A DNA stretch of 64,000 bases, from contig CAVSCV010000008.1 in assembly GCA_963726545.1 (NCBI GenBank), forward strand, positions 61,887 through 125,886, written 5' to 3'. Position numbers and translations under genes: made by a program. This DNA is from an uncultured Acidimicrobiaceae bacterium. GTDB lineage: Bacteria; Actinomycetota; Acidimicrobiia; Acidimicrobiales; RAAP-2. Of this stretch, positions 8,181-17,991 are shown one piece after another. How positions within the stretch are numbered: position 1 is the first letter of the stretch; each line of letters begins with the position of its first letter. The notes beneath the pieces are model-generated. The model saw nothing but the letters and a program-made list of their open reading frames with translations, did no database searches and was not told the DNA's origin.

Positions 8181-9807
8181 TCGCTTCATGGAGGGCGACG
8201 TTTTCGGCCCGTCCCGGTACCCGGACGTGGATCATGGCCGGAGCGGGTCGCTCGAGTGCTGCCTGCAACTCGTCGGCCGTCGACACTTCGTGCACGGTCA
8301 GGCCGAAGCCGCGCGCCACCGCGCCGATGTCGCTCTGAGGCGGCGTTCCGAAGAGACGCTCGAAGTCCTCGGGTGCGAGCAACCCCGCCTGGGGCAGGAA
8401 AGAGAAGATCCCTCCCCCACCGTTGTCGACGACCACGAAGGTGCAACGGGCCTCACGGTCGAGATTGACCAGGCCTGAGACGTCGTGGAGGAACGCCAGG
8501 TCACCCATCAGGGCGATGGTCGTCCCCGAGCCGGGCGAGCCGGCGGCGACACCCAGAGCGGTCGAGACGACCCCGTCGATGCCGTTGGCGCCGCGGTTGG
8601 CCAGGACCCGCGGCGGCGATGACTGCGGCGCGGCGTACCACTCGAGATCCCGTATGGGCATGGACGCCGACACGACGACCGTGGCGCTACGGCCGGCGGC
8701 GTGGGCGTAGACCTGGCGGGCCACCGAAGGCTCGCTGAGGTCGGTGGCCAGGGTCTCCTCGATGGCACTCTGCGCCGCCTCCTCCATGGCTCGCCACGAC
8801 GCCAACCAGGCCGGGTCGCCGGCCTGGGCCGACTCGATCGCGGCAGCCAGCCACTCGTCGGCATCGGAATGGTGGAACTCGGTGGCCACGCGCGTGGGGT
8901 CGGTCCATTGACGCCAGGGGTCGACCACGGCGACGCGAGCCCCGCTCTCCGCGGCCCCCGACACATACTCACCGAGAGCCTTGGACAGCCAGGGCGATCC
9001 TAGGAGCAGCACGGTCTCGGGTCGTGGCGGTCCGGTCCGTACGATGGCGTCGGCCGCGGCGATCGTGCCCGGGACGCGGCAGCCCGACCGGGGATCGGCC
9101 AGCACCGGCCAGCGGAGGCGCTCGGCCAGAGCCTGGACGAGCGCAGCGCTCGGCGGTTCGGGGTTCAGACCGCCGACGACGACGATGCCGTTGCCCTGGA
9201 GCGACACCGGATCGGGGACGGACCGGCGCCGGGCCGACGAGCCGACCGCGGGACCGGGGCGGCCCGGAAGCTCGTCTGGGGTGCCGGTCAGGGGCTCGCG
9301 GAAGGCCAGGTTGAGGTGGACCGGGCCGGGACCCGTTGGCCCCTGCACCGCTTCCGCGAAGGCGCGGGCGGCCAGGGGACGCCAGACCGGCGCCTGATCG
9401 GCGGTGGGCACCCCCGGATTGGACGACCACCGGGTCGCGGTCGTGAAGAGCCCGACCTGGTCGATGGTCTGGGGCGCTCCGGCGTCGAGGAGTTCCGGTG
9501 GCCGGTCGGCGGTACAGATGATCAGGGGTACGCGGCCGTGATGCGCCTCCACCACCGCCGGATGCAGTTCGGCCGCCGCGGTGCCGCTGGTGACGCAGAT
9601 GACCGTCGGGCGTCCGGTGGCCAGAGCGAGACCGACGGCGTAGAAGCCTGCGCTGCGCTCGTCGAGGCGTACGTGCGCGGTGAGGCGACCGGCCAGCGCG
9701 AGGGCGAGAGGGGTAGAACGCGAACCCGGGCAGATGACGGCGTCGGTGACTCCACAACGGACCCACTCGTCGACCAGGGTGGCGCTGAACGTGGCCTGTA
9801 CGCTCAT
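8149..9807 (-). CDS. menD: 2-succinyl-5-enolpyruvyl-6-hydroxy-3-cyclohexene-1-carboxylate synthase
   Basis: ThDP-enzyme pattern with the typical MenD N-terminus (FSATLVDEWVRCGVTDAVICPGSRSTPLALAL) and GDLAFLHD. men gene neighbourhood. Confidence 0.9.
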   Translation of the reverse strand: MSVQATFSATLVDEWVRCGVTDAVICPGSRSTPLALALAGRLTAHVRLDERSAGFYAVGLALATGRPTVICVTSGTAAAELHPAVVEAHHGRVPLIICTADRPPELLDAGAPQTIDQVGLFTTATRWSSNPGVPTADQAPVWRPLAARAFAEAVQGPTGPGPVHLNLAFREPLTGTPDELPGRPGPAVGSSARRRSVPDPVSLQGNGIVVVGGLNPEPPSAALVQALAERLRWPVLADPRSGCRVPGTIAAADAIVRTGPPRPETVLLLGSPWLSKALGEYVSGAAESGARVAVVDPWRQWTDPTRVATEFHHSDADEWLAAAIESAQAGDPAWLASWRAMEEAAQSAIEETLATDLSEPSVARQVYAHAAGRSATVVVSASMPIRDLEWYAAPQSSPPRVLANRGANGIDGVVSTALGVAAGSPGSGTTIALMGDLAFLHDVSGLVNLDREARCTFVVVDNGGGGIFSFLPQAGLLAPEDFERLFGTPPQSDIGAVARGFGLTVHEVSTADELQAALERPAPAMIHVRVPGRAENVALHEAINQAVRRALG

Positions 9808-9812
9808 CGGGC

Positions 9813-10593
9813 GTGCCACTCCATGTCGAGGTACGCGGTTCGGGCCGGCCGCTGGTGGCGCTGCATGGCTTCACGCAGACGGGTCGGCTCTGGGGCGCCT
9901 TCGGAGATCTGCTCGAGAAGGACTTCACCGTGGTGGCCGTCGACCTCCCGGGCCATGGCGGCTCGGGCGACGTGCGAGCCGATCTGCCGACTACGGCGGG
10001 TCTGGTCGTCGAGGCGGTGCACGGGGTCGTCGGGAAGGAGCCCTGTGACGTCCTCGGGTACTCGCTCGGCGCAGCGCGTGGCCCTGCACGTCGCCCTGGC
10101 AGCCGAGCTGGACCTCCGCCACGTGGTGTTCATCGGCGTGACCGCCGGTATTGAGGACCCGGGCGTGCGCGAGGACCGGCGGGCAGCGGACAACGCGACG
10201 GCCGACCAGCTCGAGTCCTCGGGTGACGTCGGCGCGTTCATCGATCGCTGGCTCGGCGGCCCCATGTTCAACCGACTGACCGAGACTGGTGCGGCCGACC
10301 GCGCCGAGCGTCTCCGCAACACCGCGGCGGGGCTGGCCTGGAGCCTGCGACTCGACGGAACGGGCACCCAGACGCCCTCGTGGGACCGCCTGGGTTCGCT
10401 GGCGCCACCGGTCCTGGCGCTCGCCGGTACCGACGACATCCGCTTCGCCGGCCACGCCCTGCGCCTGGCCCGGCTCGTGCCTCGAGGTGCCGCCACGCTC
10501 GTCCCTGGTGGTGGCCACGCAGCCCACCTGGCTCAGCCCGCGCCCGTGGCGCGCCTGGTCTCGCACTGGTTGCGCGCCGTCGATCCGGTTTGA
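9813..10593 (+). pseudogene. menH: 2-succinyl-6-hydroxy-2,4-cyclohexadiene-1-carboxylate synthase (alpha/beta hydrolase), interrupted by a +1 frame break near 10074
   Basis: N-terminal piece is ORF 9813..10154 (LVALHGFTQTG...LGYSLGA). The C-terminal piece is the last ~170 aa of ORF 9316..10593 (RVALHVALAAE...GGHAAHLAQP). Skipping nt 10074 joins them to give GYSLGA-RVALHVAL. Confidence 0.8.
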
Positions 10594-10600
10594 GCCTTCC

Positions 10601-11584
10601 TCACAGGAGCACACCGAGGGCGAGCAACAGACCGCCCACGATTTGGAGGCGAGCCGTGGCACCCAACATGGGCAGAAGCTCGCGGCCCTTCTGCTCGCTC
10701 AAGGCCAGGCGAACCGGAGCGACGGCGAGCGGGATCGCGGCCAAGGCGATGAGTGCCCAGACCTCGTAGTGCGCCACGATGCCGACGCCGACGGCTGCGG
10801 CCATGAGGGTCCCGGTGTAGAGGACACCTGCGCCACGCCGCCCCAGCCGCACGGCCAAGGTCTTCTTGCCTGCCTCGGTGTCCGTCTCGAGGTCGCGCAC
10901 GTTGTTGGCCTCGAGGAGCGCGGCGGCCAGCAGTCCGACCGGGACGCCGGCCCACAACGCGTACGCCCAGTCGTAGGAATAGGCGAACAGATGGCCGGCG
11001 ATGGAGATCGTGAACGGTGCGTGCTGGACGTAGGCCGAGCCTGCGGTCGCCACGAGCCCGAAGAACACGAAGACGAACACCTCGCCGAGGCCGAGATAGC
11101 CATAGGGTCGAGGACCACCGGTGTACGCCCATCCCGCGACGCCGCACAGCAACCCCAGGGGAATGAACCACCAGGTCACCCTGGCCGCCAGGATCAGGCC
11201 GGCGATGCCGGCCACACCGAAGGCGATCAGGGCAGCCAGTTTGACCTGGCGCACCGTGGCCAACTTGCCCGCCACGAGCCGCACCGGTCCCACCCGGTGC
11301 TCGTCGGTGCCGCGCACGCCGTCGGCGTAGTCGTTGACGTAGTTGGTACCGATCTGGATGCCGAGCGCGACCAGCAGGGCGAGGATGGCGTTGAGCCAGT
11401 TCAGTTCGCGCACGAACGTTGCACAGACGGCGGCGTGGCAGGAGCTCGTGAGCCGTGGGGTGGTCAGCAGGAACCGGCCGCTCGATTGGTAACCGACGGC
11501 CGTGCCGACGAGCACCGGGACCACCGCGGCGGGAAGCGTGCGCGGCCGCGCGCCAGCCACCCACAGTTTCAGCGGGGGGTTCAC
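10601..11584 (-). CDS. menA: 1,4-dihydroxy-2-naphthoate polyprenyltransferase
   Basis: UbiA-family membrane protein with the [14 protein letters not shown] motif. GTGA overlap with the menB stop. Confidence 0.9.
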   Translation of the reverse strand: MNPPLKLWVAGARPRTLPAAVVPVLVGTAVGYQSSGRFLLTTPRLTSSCHAAVCATFVRELNWLNAILALLVALGIQIGTNYVNDYADGVRGTDEHRVGPVRLVAGKLATVRQVKLAALIAFGVAGIAGLILAARVTWWFIPLGLLCGVAGWAYTGGPRPYGYLGLGEVFVFVFFGLVATAGSAYVQHAPFTISIAGHLFAYSYDWAYALWAGVPVGLLAAALLEANNVRDLETDTEAGKKTLAVRLGRRGAGVLYTGTLMAAAVGVGIVAHYEVWALIALAAIPLAVAPVRLALSEQKGRELLPMLGATARLQIVGGLLLALGVLL

Positions 11585-12471
11585 GGACGCCGGGGGAAGC
11601 GGGAGAAGTCCGGAGCCCGGTGTTCGACGAACGCGTTCCGGCCTTCCTGCCCTTCCTCGGTCATGTAGAAGAGCATCGTGGCGTCGCCGGCCAACTGCTG
11701 CACGCCGGCCAGGCCGTCATCGGCGGCATTCATACCCGCCTTGATCATGCGGAGGGCGATGGGCGACAGGGTGAGCATCTGTCGGCACCAGGCCATGGTC
11801 TCCTTCTCCAGGTCGTCGAGGGGCACCACGGTGTTCACGAGCCCCCAGTCGAGCGCCTGCGCTGCGTCGTACTGGCGGCACAGGAACCAGACCTCCTTGG
11901 CGCGCTTGAGGCCGATCGTCCGGGCCAGGATGGATGATCCGTAGCCGCCGTCGAAGCTGCCCACCTTGGGTCCCGTCTGGCCGAACCGGGCGTTGTCCGC
12001 CGCGATCGACAGGTCACAGACGAGATGGAGGATGTGGCCGCCCCCGATGGCGTACCCGGCCACCATGGCGACGATCGGCTTGGGGATCCGGCGCATCAGG
12101 ATCTGGAGGTCGAGCACGTTGAGCCGCCCGATCCCCCGCTCGGCGACCGTGTCGTCGCCCATGTACCCGTCGTCCCCGCGGATCTTCTGGTCGCCACCCG
12201 AGCAGAAGGCGTCGGGACCCTCGCCACAGAGGATGATGACCCCGACGTCAGGGTCGTCGCGAGCCATCGTGAAGGCGTCGGTCAGCTCGAACAGCGTCTG
12301 GGGCCGGAAGGCGTTGCGGCGCTCGGGCCGGCAGATGGTGAGCTTGGCGATGCCCTCTCCCACCTCGTAGCGGATGTCCTTGAAGGCGCCGCGCTCCTCG
12401 AACTCAGGGAGGGGCAGTGGGCGGAATTCATCGAGGGGATCGTGGGGCTTGCCAGTGATCACGGTCTGCAC
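11581..12471 (-). CDS. menB: 1,4-dihydroxy-2-naphthoyl-CoA synthase
   Basis: Crotonase fold with MenB-typical segments ([41 protein letters not shown]). Confidence 0.95.
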   Translation of the reverse strand: MQTVITGKPHDPLDEFRPLPLPEFEERGAFKDIRYEVGEGIAKLTICRPERRNAFRPQTLFELTDAFTMARDDPDVGVIILCGEGPDAFCSGGDQKIRGDDGYMGDDTVAERGIGRLNVLDLQILMRRIPKPIVAMVAGYAIGGGHILHLVCDLSIAADNARFGQTGPKVGSFDGGYGSSILARTIGLKRAKEVWFLCRQYDAAQALDWGLVNTVVPLDDLEKETMAWCRQMLTLSPIALRMIKAGMNAADDGLAGVQQLAGDATMLFYMTEEGQEGRNAFVEHRAPDFSRFPRRP

Positions 12472-12492
12472 GGCGACCTACGCTACTGGCCA

Positions 12493-13666
12493 GTGCCAGA
12501 ACTCGTCGCACTCGACCTCCCTGGTGGATCGGGGTTTGTGGACGCCCTCCGGGCGATCTGGGATACCGGCGACGCGGCAGCGCCGCTCGACTCCCGGCTG
12601 CCCCCGGTGGTCAAGCGGGTCCTGCTCGACGCGTTGCAGCCGACTCGCATCGTGGGTTCGGACGGCGAGCAGCGCAAGCTGCCCGACGGCGTCGGGGTCG
12701 AGGCCGGCGACGCCCTGGTGGTGGCGACCTCGGGGACCTCGGGTGAGCCCAAGGGTGTCGTGCTCACCCACGAGGCCGTGGCGGCCTCGGCCGCGGCGAC
12801 CACCGCCCGCCTCGGCATCGATCCCGCACGGCACACCTGGCTGGCCTGTCTCCCCCTGGCCCACATCGGAGGCCTGTCGGTCGTGACCAGATCGATCGTC
12901 TGCGGCACACCGCTCCTCGTCATGCCCGGCTTCGACGCAGACGAGGTCGAGGCCGCCGGCCGGTCCGGTCGGGTCACCCACGTTTCCTTGGTCACGACCG
13001 CCCTGCGGCGCCTCGACCCATCGGTCTTCGAGTGCGTCCTGCTCGGAGGAGGCAGGCCCCCGGACGATCTCCCGCCCAACGCGGTCACGACCTACGGCAT
13101 GACCGAGACGGGTTCTGGCGTGGTCTACGACGGCAACGGCACTCGAGGGAGTCGAGCTCGGGGTTCGAGGGCCCGACGGATCGGCCACGTCGCCAGCCGG
13201 CGCCGAGGGTGAGATCCTCGTTCGGGCCCCGATGCTGTTCCGCTGCTATCGCGACGGCGCAACGGGGCGCGTCGCCGGACCGGACGGACTGCACTCGTGG
13301 TTCGCCACGGGCGATAGTGGCGCCCTGGGCGCCGATGGCCGGCTGTCGGTCTCCGGCCGCATGGCCGACGTCATCACGACCGGGGCCGAGAAGGTCTGGC
13401 CCGACAGCGTCGAGCGCGTCCTGATCGCGCACCCGGCCGTGGCCGAGGTGGCGGTCTGGAAGCGAGCCGATCCCGAATGGGGCGAGCGGGTCGTGGCCTG
13501 GGTCGTCGCGACCGACCCGCGGCCGACACTCGAGGAGTTGCGCGAGATCGTCGCGGAGGCCGTTGCGCCCTGGGCGGCCCCGAAGGAGCTCGTGTTCGTC
13601 GACGACCTGCCCCGGACGGCGGCCGGCAAGGTTCGCCGTCGGGACCTCGAAGCGCACTCGTCCTAG
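12493..13666 (+). pseudogene. menE: O-succinylbenzoate--CoA ligase, interrupted by a +1 frame break at about 13135-13141
   Basis: N-terminal piece is in the frame of ORF 12025..13212 (TSGTSGEPKGVVLTH, YGMTETGSGVVYDG). C-terminal piece is in the frame of ORF 13232..13666 (LEGVELGV...GEILVRAPMLFRCY...WFATGD...PRTAAGKVRRRDL). GTG start at 12493. Confidence 0.85.
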
Positions 13667-14556
13667 TCCGTCGCGTCCCCCGATCGGCTGGCCCTGAGGG
13701 CTGCGCCGACTCGTTCGAGCTTGTCGGGGTTCGACACCACCCGAATCGCGACGATCAGGCCGTCCATGATGTCGAGGACCATGGCTGCGGTCACGGTGTC
13801 CCCGTCCATGAACACGCTGGCCGGCTGGCCGTTGAGGATGACACGCTGCGGCACGCCCGCCACACGTTTGGCCACGTTCATGAGGAACCGGGAACTGCGG
13901 TGCAACCCGACCACCGGCCGGACGGCTGCCCGTACCTTGCCGCCCCCGTCCGTCCAGACGACGACATCCTCCGAGAGCATGGCGAGCAGCCCCGAGAGAT
14001 CTCCAGTGGCGCACGCGGCGAGGAATCGATCGGTCAACTCCCGGCCGTGCTGGAGATCGGCGTCGAAGCGCTGACGCCGCACGTCGATGCGCTGGCGTGC
14101 CCGCGAGGCCAACTGGCGACACGCCGGCTCGGACCGCCCCAGAGAACGCGCCACTTCCTCGAAGCTGTAGCCGAAGATGTCGTGGAGGAGATAGGCGGCC
14201 CGCTCAAGCGGCGTCAGCTCTTCGAGCAGGACGAGGAAGGCGAGCGACAGGGAGTCCGACTGCTCGACGGCCGCCGTCTCGTCCATCACCACCGGCTCGG
14301 GCAGCCATGGGCCCGCATAGGACATTCGCTGGGCATGGGCCGACTCGAGCTGATCGATACAGAGGCGGGTGACGATGGTGACGAGGTAGGCCCGAACTGA
14401 CCGCACGGGTTCGCCGCCACGGCGGATCCATCGGATGGAGGCCTCCTGCACGACGTCCTCGGCATCGGCGGCGCTCCCCAACATGCGATACGCAATGCCG
14501 AAGAGGAGGGACCGCCATTCCTCGAACGTGGCCGCGTCGGCCTCGGGGTCAGGCAA
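13663..14556 (-). CDS. ECF sigma factor with fused C-terminal SnoaL-like domain (ECF41 / SigJ-like)
   Basis: Sigma-2 region (LLFGIAYRMLGSAADAEDVVQEA), sigma-4 region (LERAAYLLHDIFGYSFEEVARSLGRSEPACRQLASRAR) and a ~100-aa C-terminal extension. TTG start at 14556 overlaps the stop of the upstream CMD gene. The upstream part of the 417-aa ORF is a shadow. Confidence 0.8.
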   Translation of the reverse strand: MPDPEADAATFEEWRSLLFGIAYRMLGSAADAEDVVQEASIRWIRRGGEPVRSVRAYLVTIVTRLCIDQLESAHAQRMSYAGPWLPEPVVMDETAAVEQSDSLSLAFLVLLEELTPLERAAYLLHDIFGYSFEEVARSLGRSEPACRQLASRARQRIDVRRQRFDADLQHGRELTDRFLAACATGDLSGLLAMLSEDVVVWTDGGGKVRAAVRPVVGLHRSSRFLMNVAKRVAGVPQRVILNGQPASVFMDGDTVTAAMVLDIMDGLIVAIRVVSNPDKLERVGAALRASRSGDATD

Positions 14557-15146
14557 CGGCCGCAGGCCGGGACTTGGCCTGGTCGGACAGGGCCGGGGGG
14601 ATCGCACACGAGTCCGAGAAGCTCTGGCTGTGCAATCCCAGTCCGGCGTTGAACCGCGAGCGCAGGTTCTCGAGTGCGACCCAGGCCGCGAGCTCGACGA
14701 TCTCGGCGTCGCTGAAGAGGGTCCGGAGCCGGGCGGCGAGCTGGTCGGAGACCTCGGCCGGCGTACCCGACGCCTTCTCGGCGTATTCGAGAACGGCTCG
14801 CTCCCGATCATCGAAGAGCCGCGCTGTCCCGCCACTGGGCCGCGGCGCGGACCTTCGCCGGGTCGATGTCTTGGTTCATGCCCTCGTAGTAGGCGTAGTC
14901 GATGCACCACGAGCACCCGATGGTGCCGGCGGCCATCTGGATGGCCAACCAGCGCAGGGTCGGATCGAGCTTCTTCAGCCCGATCTGGACCGTGGTCTCG
15001 AGGGTGCCCATGGCAATCAGCACGCCGGAATGGTGCGCGGCAGCGGCCACGGGCTCGACGATCCGTCCAAACCGACGTTTCGCATACCGGAACGAGAGTC
15101 GGGCGATGATGCCCTTGGGTTCGTCAACCAACGGGACGTGTGCCAT
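14549..15146 (-). pseudogene. Carboxymuconolactone decarboxylase (AhpD-like) family protein, interrupted by a +1 frame break near 14819
   Basis: N-terminal piece is ORF 14808..15146 (contains CSWC). My manual translation of the next frame gives LFDDRERAVLEYAEKASGTPAEVSDQLAARLRTLFSDAEIVELAAWVALENLRSRFNAGLG, ending at TGA 14549-14551. Confidence 0.8.
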
Positions 15147-15332
15147 GTCGTGCCACCTTTCGTTCGGTGTGTTGGGTCCTCAACACCATCAGACGGAGTG
15201 GCCGCTCGAATTGTGACAGATGCTTCGACCCAGCCCGCTCAAGGGTCTGCTCACCGTCCCCCCGTCCACCACGAATGTCTGATCTTCACCCAGGATGCGG
15301 CGTCGGAGGCCAGGAACAACACAGCGGTGGCG

Positions 15333-15581
15333 ATGTCAGCGGGCAGAACGAGCCGGTTGGTACTGTGCCCGGTGGGGAAGGAGGCGAGAGCTCCTGAACC
15401 GGTGATTGAGCCGCCGGCGCGAGAGACAACGTCGGCCGAATCTGCTCGGGAGCGCTACTGGCTGGTCCGAGCGGTTCCCGGGCTGCTCCTCGTCGGTATC
15501 GGTGTGGTCGCGATCGTGGTGGCCGTGCTGCTTGTGGACGAGGACGGAGTTACCCACGCCCCGCCCCGATGCCGGCGCTAG
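15333..15581 (+). CDS. Hypothetical small membrane protein (82 aa)
   Basis: ATG 15333 within ORF 14574..15581. One clear hydrophobic helix (AVPGLLLVGIGVVAIVVAVLLV). Weak evidence. Confidence 0.3.
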   Translation: MSAGRTSRLVLCPVGKEARAPEPVIEPPARETTSAESARERYWLVRAVPGLLLVGIGVVAIVVAVLLVDEDGVTHAPPRCRR

Positions 15582-15639
15582 CGGTCCTGACCAAAGTCGC
15601 CCTCCGTGGCGTGGTCTGACGACAACTTTTCTGTCCTGC

Positions 15640-15703
15640 CAACACGGGATTCCCTCCATGCTCGGCAATGATCGATCTTCTGGATCAGTCGTCAACACGG
15701 GAT
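15640..15703. repeat. 11-nt direct repeat CAACACGGGAT, two copies 53 bp apart, in a convergent intergenic region
   Basis: Read directly at 15640-15650 and 15693-15703. Confidence 0.6.
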
Positions 15704-15851
15704 CATTTCCCGCCGAGATGGGCGTGGCAATCTGGCAGATGGCGGTCTCGGCCGCCAAGGCGCCGGTGATTCAGCTCTCGCGGGATCTCGGATCGTGGGA
15801 GCCGTGCTCCGAAGAGGGGCGTCCAGACGGGCGGTACTCGGAGGCGGCCAT

Positions 15852-16121
15852 TTACGCACACTCCGAGAAGGACTGACTCAGCACGCCACCGATCCGTAGC
15901 GGACGTTCTGCTGGCAAGTACCCGTATCGGTCGCTGTGGGCAGCTGGGTACTCACCACCGGCGCTGTTGTCGGGATTGAGCTCGAGCCGACAGACACCCT
16001 GCCGAGCACGAACGCTACCGTCGCGAGGAGCGAGGATTGTGGCGGTAAGGAGAAAGATCCGGAGGGCTCGTCCCATGCCAAGAACGGAGCTGGGAGTGAT
16101 GAAGGCAGGGCTGGTGGTCAT
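15852..16121 (-). CDS. Small secreted hypothetical protein (89 aa, two Cys in the predicted mature part)
   Basis: ATG 16121 preceded by AAGGAG with a 6-nt spacer. N-terminal signal-like segment GRALRIFLLTATILA. GC3 around 70% by hand count. Confidence 0.45.
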   Translation of the reverse strand: MTTSPAFITPSSVLGMGRALRIFLLTATILAPRDGSVRARQGVCRLELNPDNSAGGEYPAAHSDRYGYLPAERPLRIGGVLSQSFSECA

Positions 16122-16144
16122 GGCGTACTCCTTCGTTTTTGATT

Positions 16145-16164
16145 CCGGTCCGGGGGCGGACCGG
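16145..16164. promoter_or_regulatory. Perfect 8-bp inverted repeat CCGGTCCG-GGGG-CGGACCGG between the small-peptide gene and luxR
   Basis: Read directly. Lies 24 nt upstream of the small-peptide start codon, inside the divergent intergenic region. Confidence 0.3.
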
Positions 16165-16280
16165 CGCATCCCCATGGAGTATGAAGAGGTCCAAGGACCG
16201 TCCGCTATCCGACGATTTACGGATACCCATGCACTGGGATGCGCTGTAGCTTGAGTGCAACCAGGAGAAAGGGGATCGCC

Positions 16281-17059
16281 GTGGTGGCTCGTGTCTCCCC
16301 CAGCGAAGGGGACCTCCGGTCCCTGGCTGGGATTGTCTCTGAAGAACGTTCCGACCTGCCTGCCCAGGGATTGCCGCTCTCGCTACTCAGCGATCTGAAG
16401 GACCAGATCCCCTGCGACTCCTTGGTGTGCGAGGGCTACGACACCACGCTGCTGGAGTACTGGTTCGACCAGCGAGTCCCCGAAGAGAGCGGGGAGGGGA
16501 ACTCCATGATGGTGGACATGACGAGGGCGTTTTGGGAGCAGTACTGGGACTGCGAGTTCTGTAGCTACCCGGACCGCAGCGGAGACCTACGCAGCATCAG
16601 AAAGATTCAGGACTTCTACTCAGTCCGCGAGTGGCATTCCACGGGGATGTATCGCGACGTCATCCAACCACGAGGACTCGACAATCTCATTGGGATATGC
16701 CTGTCCGAACCTCCGGGGCCCGACGCCGGGCCGGGCCGAACCGTTCGGCTCTTCTTCTCCGCGGACCGGGCTCTGATTTCTCAGAACGCGACCGGGACCT
16801 GCTGACCTTGGCGCGACCTCATCTTCAGCAGGCCTATCACGACGCAGAGCGTCGCAGGAGCCCCGTCCCCGAGCTCACTCCCCGCCAGTGGGACCTGCTG
16901 CATCTGATTGCCGGTGGGCGAACCAATACCCAGATCGCTCGCCAGCTCGGATTGTCGGAGGGAACGGTGCGCACGCATCTGGAGAACATCTATAGCCGAC
17001 TGCAGGTCTCCAATCGCACGTCCGCCGTGATCCGCGCTTTCCCGGAGAGGGTTGCTTGA
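16281..17059 (+). pseudogene. LuxR-family transcriptional regulator (GerE-type HTH), interrupted by a -1 frame break in a CTC/TTC run at 16749-16760
   Basis: N-terminal piece is ORF 16239..16805 (ends ...GRTVRLFF then junk). C-terminal piece is ORF 16631..17059 (LLLRGPGSDFSERDRDLLTLARPHL...LTPRQWDLLHLIAGGRTNTQIARQLGLSEGTVRTHLENIYSRLQV). GTG start 16281 follows AGGAGAAAGGGG. Confidence 0.75.
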
Positions 17060-17154
17060 GGGACCCCTGGTCGCGCCGAGGGGTGCCCCCATGGTGCCGA
17101 CTGGCTAGTTAGCAGTGCGCGAACTTCTGCACATATTCAAGGGTGGCCGAGTCC

Positions 17155-17925
17155 TCAACCAACCCCGCCCGAAGGAATGATGGTCGTTCCACCGTCGACT
17201 ACCAACATCTGCCCCGTGATCCACGAGGCAGCATCGGATGCGAGAAAAAGAGCGGCCGTCGCGATGTCGTCAGGCATTCCCAGTCGGCGAAGCGGGATGT
17301 GTGCGGCGATCCGTTCCTCTCCCGGTCCTTCCCAGAGCGCGGCCGCCAACTTGGTCTTGACCAACCCGGGCGCAAGGGCATTGACCCGTACGTCGGGAGC
17401 CAGCTCGTAGGAGAGCTGCTTCGTGATGTGCAGGACGGCTGCTTTCGTGACGTTGTACCAACCGATGCCCGGCTCCACACCCAGACCGCCGATGGAGGAC
17501 ACGTTGATGACCGAGCCACGAAGGCCGGCCTTCACGGCGGCTGCCGTCCACACCAGCACCGAGAGTTGGTTCACCTCGAAGGTCTTCTGTGCCCGAATCA
17601 GGTCGATGTCGATCATCGGGCCGAAGTAGGGATTGGTACCCGCGTTGTTGACCAGGATGTCGATGCCGCCGAACCGGGCCACGGTGTCGGCCACGCACGA
17701 CTGCGCGTCCTCGGGATGGCCCACATGACCCGCCACCCAGGCCACTCGCTCTTCGGGTGCACCCCCCGCCACCAGGCCCGCCGCCGCCTCGGCCAGGTCT
17801 TCTGCCGTGCGGGAGCTGATCATGACGTTGGCCCCCGCTTCGAGGAAGCGGGTGGCGATGCCCAGGCCGATGCCGCGACTCCCGCCCGTGATGAGCGCCG
17901 TCTTGTCCATGAGGTCGAGCTCCAT
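17155..17925 (-). CDS. SDR family oxidoreductase
   Basis: TGGSRGIG cofactor motif, NNAG, and catalytic Y-x3-K (YNVTKAA). Confidence 0.9.
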   Translation of the reverse strand: MELDLMDKTALITGGSRGIGLGIATRFLEAGANVMISSRTAEDLAEAAAGLVAGGAPEERVAWVAGHVGHPEDAQSCVADTVARFGGIDILVNNAGTNPYFGPMIDIDLIRAQKTFEVNQLSVLVWTAAAVKAGLRGSVINVSSIGGLGVEPGIGWYNVTKAAVLHITKQLSYELAPDVRVNALAPGLVKTKLAAALWEGPGEERIAAHIPLRRLGMPDDIATAALFLASDAASWITGQMLVVDGGTTIIPSGGVG

Positions 17926-17991
17926 GGGCTGAGCCTTGCACGGGCGGCACCACGGACGTCATTCCCCGAGAGGCGCCCTAGCATCGCTGGG

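Noticed and set aside
14557-14916. Upstream extension of the ECF sigma ORF (417 aa)
   Set aside because: Arg/Pro/Ser-rich, and it overlaps the repaired CMD gene. Sigma region 2 begins right after TTG 14556.
17143-17991. N-terminal 283 codons of the 960-aa ORF 17143..20025
   Set aside because: Antisense to a well-supported SDR gene and Arg/His-rich in composition. The DUF255 homology begins at GTG 17992.
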